The notes beneath the pieces are model-generated. The model was not told the DNA's origin. It searched no databases and saw nothing but the letters and a program-made list of their open reading frames with translations. The translations under genes and the position numbers were made by a program. From an uncultured Nitrososphaeraceae archaeon (GTDB lineage: Archaea > Thermoproteota > Nitrososphaeria > Nitrososphaerales > Nitrososphaeraceae): a stretch of DNA of 64,000 bases. Position 1 is the stretch's first letter, and the number at the start of each line of letters is the position of its first letter. Location: contig CAVZZA010000001.1 in the NCBI GenBank assembly GCA_963779615.1, positions 96,001 through 160,000 of the forward strand, read 5' to 3'. Positions 63,300 to 64,000 of the stretch are shown here, in pieces.

Positions 63300-63390
63300 A
63301 AAGGAAAATGAAAGCCAAAACATGCAAAGAATTGGTTGAACCATGTATGGCATATCATCATAACAAGAAACCATCTCTCAAGTTAACAGC
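63300..63390 (+). mobile_element. Degenerate 3' end of a second IS6-like element
   Basis: ...AAACATGCAAAGAATTGGTTGAA...CATAAC...ATCTCTCAAGTTAACAG aligns with the transposase end and IR of the 60232-60900 element. Confidence 0.6.
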
Positions 63391-63500
63391 TTGTGATAGT
63401 CTTTGAATTTTTAGATGGAGGGGAGGGATTTGTATGTGAATATTGGGTAAAATTTCACAAGCAGGATTCAAAAAACGGGGCAAAAACAATCAATTCAAGT

Positions 63501-63725
63501 CTATTGTATGTCCCTAATTGTTGATTTTTTGCTAAATTTTCTTGCTTTTCCCAATATATCATGATAAGCAGCTACTTGCTGAAAAACCATGCAAATTATG
63601 AAAATCATTGCAAACATCAAAGCCAGTAAAAAGGACAAATACCCCAAAAAATTCATGAATGTTGCAAACATTAATGACAATAACAAGGACAAATACTTTA
63701 AAAAATTCATAAAATTTATTTGCAC
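63501..63725 (-). CDS. Small hydrophobic protein with an 18-aa (54-bp) tandem duplication
   Basis: FMNFLKYLSLLLSLMFAT / FMNFLGYLSFLLALMFAM. Confidence 0.5.
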   Translation of the reverse strand: MQINFMNFLKYLSLLLSLMFATFMNFLGYLSFLLALMFAMIFIICMVFQQVAAYHDILGKARKFSKKSTIRDIQ

Positions 63726-64000
63726 CCCTTTCTTATATTCTTAATTGTTTTTTTGTAAAAACATGGACGTATTTTTTAATATGCTAAAAATTCAATTAGT
63801 TTGTAATAAAAAAGATGCAATAAAATCAATTTTTTCTGCAATCAAAATAATCCTCTCTGAGCGTCGATGCTCTGTTCGACTTAAAACAGTAGAAGAAAAA
63901 GCAGATTATATATCAAACTTGAAAAATGAAGCAACCGCTTCGCCATTGTTAAATTATTTTCAATTGCTGCACATGTTGCTTTATTTCGTTGTTTTTGGCA

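Overview
AT-rich archaeal DNA. Gene content points to an ammonia-oxidising archaeon (Nitrososphaerota, probably Nitrosocosmicus-like); this is an inference. Bases 1-26.4 kb are mostly core genes: rsmA-DUF655-rpoF-rpl21e, a RadA-family recombinase, the tetrapyrrole operon (sirC-hemA-B-L-C-cobA-hemD), Rieske-sufD-sufB, a serA-like dehydrogenase, the heme-copper oxidase cluster, npdG and an aminotransferase. From about 27 kb the DNA is accessory and rich in pseudogenes. The main unexplained structure begins at tRNA-Arg(TCG) (34080-34154), which is followed by a C-terminally truncated tyrosine integrase. Downstream, five co-oriented degenerate copies of the tRNA 3' end (37353, 38976, 39087, 48883, 52975) divide about 19 kb into integrase-free cargo modules. 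Four copies share an ungapped 31-bp arm+core motif, and one cargo end (GH5 3' end + spacer + site) occurs twice. This looks like a tRNA-anchored, integron-like cassette array or a serial integration hotspot. Other notable points: CoxB lacks the second CuA cysteine yet carries a fused blue-copper domain ~98% identical in DNA to the neighbouring cupredoxin gene; an IS6 element sits between a Mn-catalase gene and its TATA box; a duplicated 54-bp promoter suggests an HxlR regulon; and there is a stand-alone M23 peptidase. All calls are by eye from motifs; no searches were run.
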